This document shows, in pieces, positions 56,717-64,000 of a stretch of 64,000 nt of DNA. Both the position numbers and the translations under genes were made by a program. A model generated the notes under the pieces. It saw nothing but the letters and a program-made list of their open reading frames with translations. It had not been told where the DNA came from and did no database searches. Each line of letters starts with the position of its first letter. The stretch's first letter is position 1. The stretch covers positions 9,606 through 73,605 of IMG/VR virus record IMGVR_UViG_3300008050_000036. One strand, given 5' to 3'. Origin of the DNA: a virus.

Positions 56717-58692
56717 AACCCCTCCACCTCAAAGCGACTATTAGGGAAGTCAATACTTGACCCCAACAAACGCTTCTTCTTCCGTGAATCATCCAATTCG
56801 CTAATTATTTGCCTTACATCACGGCTAATATCAGGGGTATATTGGGGATAGCGTTTTGGTATGGGTGTTCTCTTGGCTGAGGCTAATAAGCGAGCAATTT
56901 CTTCTTGCCCATATAACCCCCGTTCATCATCAATAAAGGGGCTTTCTGAAACATAATCAATAATTCGCCCATCAGCCCCTACATTGCCCCCTTCTTCATA
57001 GAATGGTTGGGGATTACCATATTCGTTAGCGGCCATTTGACGGGCTTCATCCATATCTCCCCCTGCTGCATCTATTATTTCCCAATCAATATCTTCATCC
57101 CTTAACCCATCAAGATATTCTACCATGTCATCTTCATCAACATTTATATCTTTTAAGCCGAAAAGATGCGCCGCAATGCCACCCAACCTTGCTTCATCAG
57201 CAATGCCCCACTCTAATGCTTCTTGAAAAGTAGGGCTTTTCTCCTGCACTAAATCCAAAGAAGAAGTATCACCATATTTAGTATTAAATACTGAATAAGG
57301 GCTTATATCTCCGTCTGTAAAATCACCTAATACTTTCGACCACCAAGCCTCTAAGGGGCTTCTCATTACATTGTCCGGCGCAGACATTAAATGACTATTC
57401 ATAAAATTATTATTACCACCAATTAAATTAAAAGGATGCCTCGTAATGGTATTTTGCAGGGCCGAGCGTTGCCCCCTATCTGAATCTTTTGGCACTTTAG
57501 CCACCATATCATGGGTCGGTATATTGAATACTCTTGCTTCAAGACCTTGACCCAATGGAGTAGGGATAGGGCCAAGAGGTAATTGATATTCCCCCTCATC
57601 TTCATCAAAACCATATTGCTGACCTTCTTTATCAAAAAAATTATTAGTATTTTCGTCTAAATAAAACCCTCCTTCACCAAACTGCTCTAAAGCAGCATTA
57701 AAATCAAATCGGTTAAAGGGCGACATAGTTAATCGCTCTCTAAACTCTTTGTAGGCTGCCTCATCTGCGGTGGCTTTTATTAGACTGGCTTCAACTCCAC
57801 AACCACAAGAACATTCATCCAAAGTATCATCACTACGATGTAGTAATTGCCAATTCTCAGGGAAGGCTTCATTTACAATTACTGCGCTGTTTTCATCATC
57901 AGGGTCAAAAGTATGGATGGGGGTATTGTTTCGTATGTATGCGTCAGGTTTTGGGCTTATCCATTTATCACCTTGCCTAAACCCCGCTAAACCCCTCCAA
58001 TCTCTAACATTGGGTATAAATTGATTAACATAATTATGCAAAACATCAGCGTTATCTTCCTGTCGTTGCGATACCCGTTGGTTTAATTCGTTAGCCGCTT
58101 CCAGTGAAGTCATGCGCCTAAATCCTTCACGATGGCCGGTTTCATCTTTAGGGGGTAGTGCAAGAGAAGGAGGGAGGTGTTTTAAGGGGGGTTTTTTAAC
58201 AGGTAAATATCTTTGGGGGGTGTCCCAACCACCCGACATTTGGCCTGAAGGATTAACATTCCACCAATAATCTGTTAATAATTCTTTGTGGGGCAATGTG
58301 CCTTCGCGTGTTAATTTTAATAATTCACTAATTGGCGTATTTTTTATTGTTTCTAATATATTTGCTCTATCTTTATCATAAGGATTAGGTTGAAAAAAGG
58401 GTTGGGGTTTATTTTCTATTCTATTTTTTTTCGCTTCGTTTAACCGGCCCACCAAATACTCTAATTTGTTTTTTTCAGGTATGTCTTGGTTTTTATCAGC
58501 AGGGTTTCCAAACATTAAGGATTCAACATAAGAGGGTGATACCCACCCCTTTTGAGAAAACTTGGCGCGGGCTTTAGGGTCGGGGATAAAACGGTATATG
58601 CTATCTGTATCTAAATACCAACGTAGCATATCATTTGGCGAAGGTTGAATATCTCTCCTACTTCCTTCGTATTTCTTATCCCTCATATTCAT
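56713..58692 (-). CDS. Two-module protein with C-terminal atypical protein-kinase-like domain
   Basis: After ASLIKA: LGQGLEARVF (Gly loop), VAKVP (Lys), LVQEK, LKDIN...GNVG, RIIDY. Confidence 0.55.
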   Translation of the reverse strand: MNMRDKKYEGSRRDIQPSPNDMLRWYLDTDSIYRFIPDPKARAKFSQKGWVSPSYVESLMFGNPADKNQDIPEKNKLEYLVGRLNEAKKNRIENKPQPFFQPNPYDKDRANILETIKNTPISELLKLTREGTLPHKELLTDYWWNVNPSGQMSGGWDTPQRYLPVKKPPLKHLPPSLALPPKDETGHREGFRRMTSLEAANELNQRVSQRQEDNADVLHNYVNQFIPNVRDWRGLAGFRQGDKWISPKPDAYIRNNTPIHTFDPDDENSAVIVNEAFPENWQLLHRSDDTLDECSCGCGVEASLIKATADEAAYKEFRERLTMSPFNRFDFNAALEQFGEGGFYLDENTNNFFDKEGQQYGFDEDEGEYQLPLGPIPTPLGQGLEARVFNIPTHDMVAKVPKDSDRGQRSALQNTITRHPFNLIGGNNNFMNSHLMSAPDNVMRSPLEAWWSKVLGDFTDGDISPYSVFNTKYGDTSSLDLVQEKSPTFQEALEWGIADEARLGGIAAHLFGLKDINVDEDDMVEYLDGLRDEDIDWEIIDAAGGDMDEARQMAANEYGNPQPFYEEGGNVGADGRIIDYVSESPFIDDERGLYGQEEIARLLASAKRTPIPKRYPQYTPDISRDVRQIISELDDSRKKKRLLGSSIDFPNSRFEVEGF

Positions 58693-59126
58693 TTACCCCC
58701 CTTTGGGTAAATGCCGTATAATGCTAACATTTTCCGTCTTTCATCTTCGTCAATACCCGGAGTCGCAGACCAAGCACCATATTCTTGAAACCTCTCCCAA
58801 TCATTATCCACTTTGGATTGAGCAACCCTCTTTTCCTCATCAGACGCATCATCAGGTAATTTGGTGCGAACAGCATTCCAAATATCATCAGTATGGGGTG
58901 GGTTAAGGGCTTGGTGGGTGGATTCATGTGCTAAGATTTGCATTACCCTGTTCATTCGCTCTTTGTCTGAGGTCATGTTTCTAAATGCAGGTTCAATACG
59001 ATTTGAAAGATTGACGAATGCTTCATCGGTGTTCATATCATATCCACCGGCCATTAGGATATTAGGAAAACCGCCCATAAAACGAAAGTCTTTGACTATG
59101 AGCCACGCTTGTTCAAATGCACTCAT
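58689..59126 (-). CDS. Leader-tagged HExxH zinc-metallopeptidase-like protein
   Basis: MSAFEQAWLIVK leader (ATGA overlap, start 59126). ILAHESTHQA and downstream QEYGA. Confidence 0.75.
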   Translation of the reverse strand: MSAFEQAWLIVKDFRFMGGFPNILMAGGYDMNTDEAFVNLSNRIEPAFRNMTSDKERMNRVMQILAHESTHQALNPPHTDDIWNAVRTKLPDDASDEEKRVAQSKVDNDWERFQEYGAWSATPGIDEDERRKMLALYGIYPKGGK

Positions 59127-59422
59127 TCGGGCCACCCCGTTCCGTTGCACATATCGCATTCACGGCCTCTATAATCTCCATCCCCCCGACATTGAGCGCA
59201 AACTACGATTGTTTGCTTTGTTTCAGCATATTCCTTATCGTGAGGGAATAATTGTTCACACTTACCACACCACCAAGCGGCTACTCTCGGATAGCCAAAA
59301 CCAAACGAAGTCCATTCTTGGGTTCTTTTTGAACCACAATTCGGGCAAATGTCATTATTATTGAACTCGGCTACTGGTTCACCCTCTTTGAGTAATTTGA
59401 AGGCTCTATTAAATGCACTCAT
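59123..59422 (-). CDS. Leader-tagged double Zn-ribbon protein (DnaJ-type CxxCxGxG)
   Basis: MSAFNRAFKLLK leader. CPNC, CGKC, CAQCRGDG, CDMCNGTG. Confidence 0.8.
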   Translation of the reverse strand: MSAFNRAFKLLKEGEPVAEFNNNDICPNCGSKRTQEWTSFGFGYPRVAAWWCGKCEQLFPHDKEYAETKQTIVVCAQCRGDGDYRGRECDMCNGTGWPE

Positions 59423-59568
59423 TTACCAGTCACCCAACCAATGGCCCATACAAAGGGCAAACATACCAACAATATAGGTATTACGACTAATACAATGCCC
59501 AAAAGAGCAAAATCACCCATCATTCCCCACAAACCATTGGTTTTTGTTTGGTGGGTTTTATGGGTCAA
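59419..59568 (-). CDS. Small membrane peptide (untagged)
   Basis: TTGA overlap start. FALLGIVLVVIPILLVCLPFVWAIGW hydrophobic stretch. Confidence 0.55.
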   Translation of the reverse strand: MTHKTHQTKTNGLWGMMGDFALLGIVLVVIPILLVCLPFVWAIGWVTGK

Positions 59569-60023
59569 ACATCTCCCCCCTCTCTTGGGGCATCGTGAAA
59601 CCACGTTAATGCCGTTTCATCCCACGGCCCCCAAGTGTTATGCTCAAGCATTTTTTTATTCATTTCATCAACATTGTAGCGTATTATATCGTCTGAATTA
59701 AACCTCCCAAAGAAAGAATACAAAGCCAATGGTAATCTTGTGTCAGTAGAAGGGTCATAAGCCCATTCCATGTGTTCCCCCTCCACTGGTTCACCTTCAT
59801 GCACTTTACCTTCCAAATCACCCATGTAAGTAGTGAAAGCGTGTCCGTATTGCCTACCTTCAATTGGCCCCTGACCAGTCACTTGAGCATGAGCAAGTGA
59901 ATACCCCGGATTTGAACAAACCCATCTCCCTGCTTCCATATAACAATCCCCGTTTCTATTTTCTTCAGGAATATCCCCTTCTGCTTCCTTGAGCAAATCC
60001 CACGCTCTCTCAAATGCGGTCAT
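59565..60023 (-). CDS. Leader-tagged transglutaminase/papain-like (Cys-His-Asp) protein
   Basis: MTAFERAWDLLK leader. GDCY...YGHAF...AYDPS putative triad. Ends WGPWD. Confidence 0.65.
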   Translation of the reverse strand: MTAFERAWDLLKEAEGDIPEENRNGDCYMEAGRWVCSNPGYSLAHAQVTGQGPIEGRQYGHAFTTYMGDLEGKVHEGEPVEGEHMEWAYDPSTDTRLPLALYSFFGRFNSDDIIRYNVDEMNKKMLEHNTWGPWDETALTWFHDAPREGGDV

Positions 60024-60343
60024 CAAACCATCCCTCCCAAATCAGTATTTAATAATCCTAATCTCTCTAACATAGCATTGATATTTCCAATAATCAACTC
60101 AGGGGTAAAAAAGCCTATATTACCATCCGGGTTTCTAAGGCGTTTTTCTTCCTGTTCTAAATAATAAAGCCAACCCATCAAAGTATTCTCATCTTCCCTA
60201 TCAAGTAGCCTTCCAAAATTATCCATACAATAACGCCTATATCTTCTCAAATCGTCTGCGTCAAAAGTATTTGGCTTAAACCACTTAGCACCATCTTCAA
60301 GCCCTTCCTTGAGCAAATCCCATGCTCGTTCAAATGAGGTCAT
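60023..60343 (-). CDS. Leader-tagged helical hypothetical protein
   Basis: MTSFERAWDLLK leader at an ATGA overlap (start 60343). Confidence 0.75.
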   Translation of the reverse strand: MTSFERAWDLLKEGLEDGAKWFKPNTFDADDLRRYRRYCMDNFGRLLDREDENTLMGWLYYLEQEEKRLRNPDGNIGFFTPELIIGNINAMLERLGLLNTDLGGMV

Positions 60344-61053
60344 GGTCCCGTCACCTGCCTTTTCTGTGGCCCCCAATACTTCTTGCGTTGCCCTCGCTTC
60401 CATTCATTACGCCTATCTCTCATATCCACATAAGCATAAAAATCTTCATCGGCGGCATCTTCACGCATGGCTCGGCTTCGGTATAATTCATCCATGAGTC
60501 GGCTTCGCTGGCTTTCTGAATCATTAAACATTTGGTGTGTTGCTTGCGCTTCTTCTATTTCCTCTTGTGTCAATTGTCTAATCAAATGAGCCGGAATTGG
60601 TTTGTTGGTTCTGCGTTGGTCGAACTCATCATCCCATGCGAAAGAACGACCCAATCTCTTATCAGGAATGGGTATTTCGGGCATGAAATAAGGAGAATCA
60701 GGGTGTTTATCATCAATTTCCAACACTACTGCATCATCCTCACCTTGCATCCAGTCAGCACCCATCGTTATTGCCCCTGCTTTACCACCAACCGTATTCA
60801 TGGTCGGTGTGGCTTGGTCGCCCCAAAAAAACGACCAATCGCCACCATAATATGTTTCAAACTCTTTGTCAGACAAACCCAACAGTTCTTGAAGTTCTTT
60901 TTCTTTGCCATCCCAATTTCCACAAGTTAAGTCAGGTGGGGCATCATACGGCTTCAAGAATCCTTCCTCTTGTATCTGTTTCCACGCATCTTCGGTTGTG
61001 CCGTGATACATAGACATCTTCACTATGTCCCACGCTTTGTCAAATGCGTTCAT
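60340..61053 (-). CDS. Leader-tagged ADP-ribosyltransferase-fold (YHGT, Tpt1/KptA-like) protein
   Basis: MNAFDKAWDIVK then MSMYHGTT..WKQIQEEGFLKP...AVVLEID...KPIPAHLI. Confidence 0.65.
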   Translation of the reverse strand: MNAFDKAWDIVKMSMYHGTTEDAWKQIQEEGFLKPYDAPPDLTCGNWDGKEKELQELLGLSDKEFETYYGGDWSFFWGDQATPTMNTVGGKAGAITMGADWMQGEDDAVVLEIDDKHPDSPYFMPEIPIPDKRLGRSFAWDDEFDQRRTNKPIPAHLIRQLTQEEIEEAQATHQMFNDSESQRSRLMDELYRSRAMREDAADEDFYAYVDMRDRRNEWKRGQRKKYWGPQKRQVTGP

Positions 61054-62402
61054 GGGCGAAACTCTCCTGTCCCGTCACACCAGTCGCATTCATACGAATC
61101 AAGTTCCTTATTGTATTCCTTTTGCCCACCATTTCCCTTACATTTACCACAAACACGGATTGGTCGTGGTGTAATAGCATATTTGTTGTCGTGAGGGGTA
61201 AATGATTCACATTTCGGGCAATCCCAACCATGCACAACTGGATAGTCAAAACCCAATTGAGTTCGCCTTTGAACCATCTTACCGCCACATTTAGGGCAAA
61301 TATCGTTGCCACCGAACTCAATAGTGGGTTCGCCCCCCTTGAGCAACCGCATAGCGACTTCCATTGGTTCGCCTTTGTTCCCCTCTTGCCAATCAGTATC
61401 AACAACGGGATTATACATTATATCATTACGGCGATTAGATTTCATAGGCCCAAAAGGTGTAGGTATTGTATCGGATTCACCAACTTGTCCCATCTCGACT
61501 GGGTGTTGCATATATTGAGTAAATACGGGGTTATCGCTACGAAAATCACGAATAATTGCCTCGACATGCTCATTGTGTTCTTCAATAGGAATATCGTCAT
61601 TCAAGTTAAAATAGTTCATAATAATAACATTTAGTTTTGTCCTATCTTCGGGGGACATATTCGCTGACGCAGTATCATAAGGAGTCATTATTCCATCCTT
61701 GAGCAACCGCATGGTGACTTCCATTGGTTCGCCCGCTATTATCTTATCGTCAGTAATATCATATTGATAATCGGGGTTATCGTAAGGGGTTTGAATGGTT
61801 GTAGGATATGACCCAGTATAATCCTCCCCAGTATAGATTCTATCAAGAACCCGACTACGGGCTTTTGGTATGATAGGTTCCGGTGTATGGCGACCACCTC
61901 TATCTTGCATAGCCGCCCTTGTAGCCATTTCTAAAACATGCGCGGGCATTTCTCTTTGGGCAAAGGACCCCTCTCGGAACTGGCTATCTAAAGCATGGCC
62001 TACTTCATGCGCCATTTCCGGTGCTATATCAGCCGTGAACTTATCTATTGTTCTCTTTGTATCGAAATGTGTATCTCTTGGTTTGCCAAATCCGCCCCAA
62101 TTAGCCATTTCAGCATATCGTTTGAGGCCAACCTTTGTAGGGGCCAAGAAAGCCTTGCTGTCTATATGACTCGGCCATAACTTCTCAGCCTCAGCCTCAG
62201 TCATTAACTTATTGTCAATACCTTGAAAAAGGTCACTATAATAGACAAACCCCGGTAGCGGTCCGGGCTTTACCATATCCTCCCTGTTCGTCATACCGGC
62301 TACCTGCATTGCCTTTTTATCCGGCAGATAGTCATAATCGGCATCATATTCAAACCTCCGAGTTCCTTTAAGTAATCCCCAAGCAGTATCAAATGCGGTC
62401 AA
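61050..62402 (-). CDS. Leader-tagged three-module polyprotein (HExxH peptidase-like, helical domain, double Zn ribbon)
   Basis: TTG start MTAFDTAWGLLK. MAHEVGHALD...REMPA. Two internal GEPMEVxMRLLK linkers. Last module is paralogous to 59123..59422. Confidence 0.85.
   Translation of the reverse strand: MTAFDTAWGLLKGTRRFEYDADYDYLPDKKAMQVAGMTNREDMVKPGPLPGFVYYSDLFQGIDNKLMTEAEAEKLWPSHIDSKAFLAPTKVGLKRYAEMANWGGFGKPRDTHFDTKRTIDKFTADIAPEMAHEVGHALDSQFREGSFAQREMPAHVLEMATRAAMQDRGGRHTPEPIIPKARSRVLDRIYTGEDYTGSYPTTIQTPYDNPDYQYDITDDKIIAGEPMEVTMRLLKDGIMTPYDTASANMSPEDRTKLNVIIMNYFNLNDDIPIEEHNEHVEAIIRDFRSDNPVFTQYMQHPVEMGQVGESDTIPTPFGPMKSNRRNDIMYNPVVDTDWQEGNKGEPMEVAMRLLKGGEPTIEFGGNDICPKCGGKMVQRRTQLGFDYPVVHGWDCPKCESFTPHDNKYAITPRPIRVCGKCKGNGGQKEYNKELDSYECDWCDGTGEFRP
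61337..61733. repeat. 37-bp direct repeat (35/37 identical), 360-bp period, encoding GEPMEVxMRLLK
   Basis: ccttgagcaaccgcat(a/g)g(c/t)gacttccattggttcgcc at 61337..61373 and 61697..61733. Confidence 0.9.
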
Positions 62403-63094
62403 ATTACATCACCCGCCAATTCATAAAACATTTCTAAATCCTTTGGCGTAATGCCCCTCGTATATCCCTTATCAGTTCTCGCAGTAAGCGCAATGCGCCC
62501 CAATAAAGACTCTAAACCTAATTCGTTTGCCATGACCCCTCTATGGTGACCGTCTGTGATATTTATTCTCCATTCAGTATTAGGATAATTAACAACACCT
62601 TTCAACGGCGGTGGTCTATATCCCTGCCTGTAAAAATCTGCATACTTTTGAGCCTGTGCCAATTTACCTGCCCAATTACCCCAACCACCAACCGTTTCTT
62701 CAGTAATGCCTTCTGACCAAGAAGTATCATCACCCTTAATCGGCACATCTTCAAAGCGAGCCAATTCCCACATATCAGGATTTGAGTATGAATCGTTCCA
62801 TACTAAATCATTCTTCGGCGGGCTAATTGCATAATTTTCAACGGGGCGGTCTTGTTCGGCTAACCAATTGCGTGAACGGATATTTTTTCGGTTGCGACCT
62901 TCTTCGGAATAATCACCATCTTCAAACGAAGGATAATCTAATACCTTTTGGGGCTTAGGTAATCGGGATAGCCGAGAGATTGAATTAGGTCGTTCTTGCG
63001 CTTGGATAACGGCTTCTGCATCAATTCTGCGAGGAAAATGGGGTGAAAATGCTTCTCCCTTCAACAAACCCCAAGCAGTATCAAAAGCGGTCAT
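62399..63094 (-). CDS. Leader-tagged ParB/Sulfiredoxin-like protein
   Basis: MTAFDTAWGLLK (start 63094). RPPPL...ITDGHHRGVMANELGL. Confidence 0.75.
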   Translation of the reverse strand: MTAFDTAWGLLKGEAFSPHFPRRIDAEAVIQAQERPNSISRLSRLPKPQKVLDYPSFEDGDYSEEGRNRKNIRSRNWLAEQDRPVENYAISPPKNDLVWNDSYSNPDMWELARFEDVPIKGDDTSWSEGITEETVGGWGNWAGKLAQAQKYADFYRQGYRPPPLKGVVNYPNTEWRINITDGHHRGVMANELGLESLLGRIALTARTDKGYTRGITPKDLEMFYELAGDVI

Positions 63095-63561
63095 GTGTGT
63101 CCTCTCCATCCGTATTCGTGAATTGAATTACCTTCGCTAAACAAATCCTTTGCCTTTACTGCCCTTCTAAGGAGTTTATACCCACCTTCGCCATGTCTGC
63201 CATGTCCGAATCTCATTCCATGTTCTTTCGCATAACCTTTTGATGTTGAAACCCAATCTCCGGGGTTAATTTTATTTCCTTCAATTTCATAAGGAACGGT
63301 TCTATAAACAAGCACCTTTGCATCAGGTTTGTTTCTAACTGACATAATGATTGAATGAGAGTGTCTATCTCGTTCCTGTGATTCTTGGCTACCATCCCCA
63401 TAGTATCGCACCCCTAAATGCGAATACAAATCTTCAGGATATATCCCGGTCATGTCATGCAAGGGCGAATGGTAATCGGGTTCAATCGGGGCTACATGGT
63501 GTCCTCGATAATCGTCAATGTCCTCTTTGACTAAACCCCATGCTCGTTCAAATGCGGTCAT
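63091..63561 (-). CDS. Leader-tagged ADP-ribosyltransferase-like (R-S-E type) domain protein
   Basis: MTAFERAWGLVK leader. VYRTVP...INPGDWVSTSKGYAKEHG...VKAKDLFSEGNSIHEYGW. Confidence 0.6.
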   Translation of the reverse strand: MTAFERAWGLVKEDIDDYRGHHVAPIEPDYHSPLHDMTGIYPEDLYSHLGVRYYGDGSQESQERDRHSHSIIMSVRNKPDAKVLVYRTVPYEIEGNKINPGDWVSTSKGYAKEHGMRFGHGRHGEGGYKLLRRAVKAKDLFSEGNSIHEYGWRGHT

Positions 63562-63896
63562 TCCATCCCTCCTAATAGGTCGCCGAAACCAGTAAAAGAT
63601 TCTTGAGAGTCGGGTGCATTCTTACTTACAAACATTTCAATTTTGTGTGAAACACCTGTATTTTTTAATGCTCGCAACACTTGATTTGGGGTCGCCCCTC
63701 TCAATGAATAATCAAGATGCCAATTATAGCCACCTAAACCTCCACCTGAATCAAATACAATACCCCTTTCTTCTAACTGGGCTTTTAATTGCCAAATAGC
63801 AAAATCTTCATCTTGGTTTATTGGTGTAATATGAACATCATAATACACCCATTCATCAGCCTTAAAAAGCCCCCAAGCAGTATCAAAGGCGGTCAT
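63558..63896 (-). CDS. Leader-tagged hypothetical alpha/beta protein
   Basis: MTAFDTAWGLFK leader. ATGA overlaps on both sides. Confidence 0.8.
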   Translation of the reverse strand: MTAFDTAWGLFKADEWVYYDVHITPINQDEDFAIWQLKAQLEERGIVFDSGGGLGGYNWHLDYSLRGATPNQVLRALKNTGVSHKIEMFVSKNAPDSQESFTGFGDLLGGME

Positions 63897-64000
63897 TCAT
63901 ACATTCTCCTTTCTGCTATTTCCTGAACCGCCTCATTTTCTCTAAATTGAGGATGCGACCTCAGTTGATTCCATGCCCGCATAGGGTCGGTATGTTGAAG
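63893..64000 (-). CDS. 3' end of an upstream gene (partial)
   Basis: Open frame LQHTDPMRAWNQLRSHPQFRENEAVQEIAERRMYE-stop, ending in an ATGA overlap with 63896. Confidence 0.6.
   Translation of the reverse strand, partial: LQHTDPMRAWNQLRSHPQFRENEAVQEIAERRMYE

Larger units (their letters stand above)
59091..63896 (-). repeat. Nine dispersed ~33-40 bp coding repeats (leader-peptide cassettes) at gene starts
   Basis: ccccaagcagtatcaaa.gcggtca ending near 62402, 63094 and 63896. cttccttgagcaaatccca.gctc..tcaaatg.ggtcat ending at 60023 and 60343. Related copies end at 59126, 59422, 61053 and 63561. Confidence 0.9.
1..64000. mobile_element. Fragment of a head-tailed archaeal dsDNA virus genome (Caudoviricetes; probably magrovirus-like, Marine Group II host)
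   Basis: Canonical order terminase-portal-protease-MCP-adaptor-tail tube-chaperones-tape measure-tail tip. Group II chaperonin present. Archaeal-type GGTGA RBSs. No host housekeeping genes or integration boundary seen. Host assignment is inference. Confidence 0.9.

Noticed and set aside
61337-61733. Diversity-generating retroelement TR/VR pair
   Set aside because: Only 37 bp with two mismatches, both copies lie in frame in one ORF, and no reverse transcriptase is in the window.
8378-63799. Many 60-170 aa plus-strand and nested ORFs
   Set aside because: They are antisense or out-of-frame shadows of well-supported minus-strand genes, without RBS or motifs. Only 50784..51308 and the thermosome are accepted on the plus strand.
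59091-63896. Leader repeats as integron attC sites or CRISPR repeats
   Set aside because: The repeats are coding and non-palindromic, many differences are at synonymous positions, and no integrase is visible.
58689-63896. Leader as a Sec/Tat/pilin signal peptide
   Set aside because: No long hydrophobic core or twin-arginine motif. It is amphipathic with charged residues and also occurs internally.
1-64000. tRNA/rRNA genes, att sites or alternative genetic code
   Set aside because: The window is almost fully protein-coding in the standard code with tiny intergenic gaps. No cloverleaf or host-virus junction was seen by eye; a tRNA scan was not run.

Overview
This window is a 64-kb piece of a head-tailed (HK97-fold, Caudoviricetes) dsDNA virus genome that almost certainly infects an archaeon. 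Archaeal signs are a group II chaperonin (thermosome), GGTGA/GGAGG ribosome-binding sites and TATA-like boxes. The gene set resembles magroviruses of Marine Group II Euryarchaeota (inference). Nearly all genes are on the minus strand and tightly coupled. From right to left: (i) an array of accessory genes (55.9-64 kb), most starting with a shared leader M(T/S/N)AF(D/E)xAWxLLK followed by unrelated enzyme-like domains (two ADP-ribosyltransferase-like, ParB/Srx, HExxH peptidase-like, transglutaminase-like, GNAT, kinase-like, Zn ribbons); (ii) thermosome, a tagged C5 DNA methyltransferase and a Gp88-like protein; (iii) an RHH-led operon with membrane proteins and an Arf-like small GTPase; (iv) Zn-finger micro-cassettes carrying the same tag; (v) low-complexity proteins, terminase, portal, a ligase-domain head protein, prohead protease and major capsid protein; (vi) a sheath-less tail module with a -1 frameshift chaperone pair, tape measure and three very large tail-tip proteins, the last running off the left edge. 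The best candidate for a new system is a modular capsid-targeting and protease-cleavage tag (AFxxAWxLLK). It occurs both as an N-terminal leader and as an internal polyprotein linker, and may load diverse effectors into the virion, by analogy with the T4 capsid-targeting sequence. The second candidate is the viral Arf-like GTPase membrane module. All functional calls come from motifs read by eye; no database searches were run.
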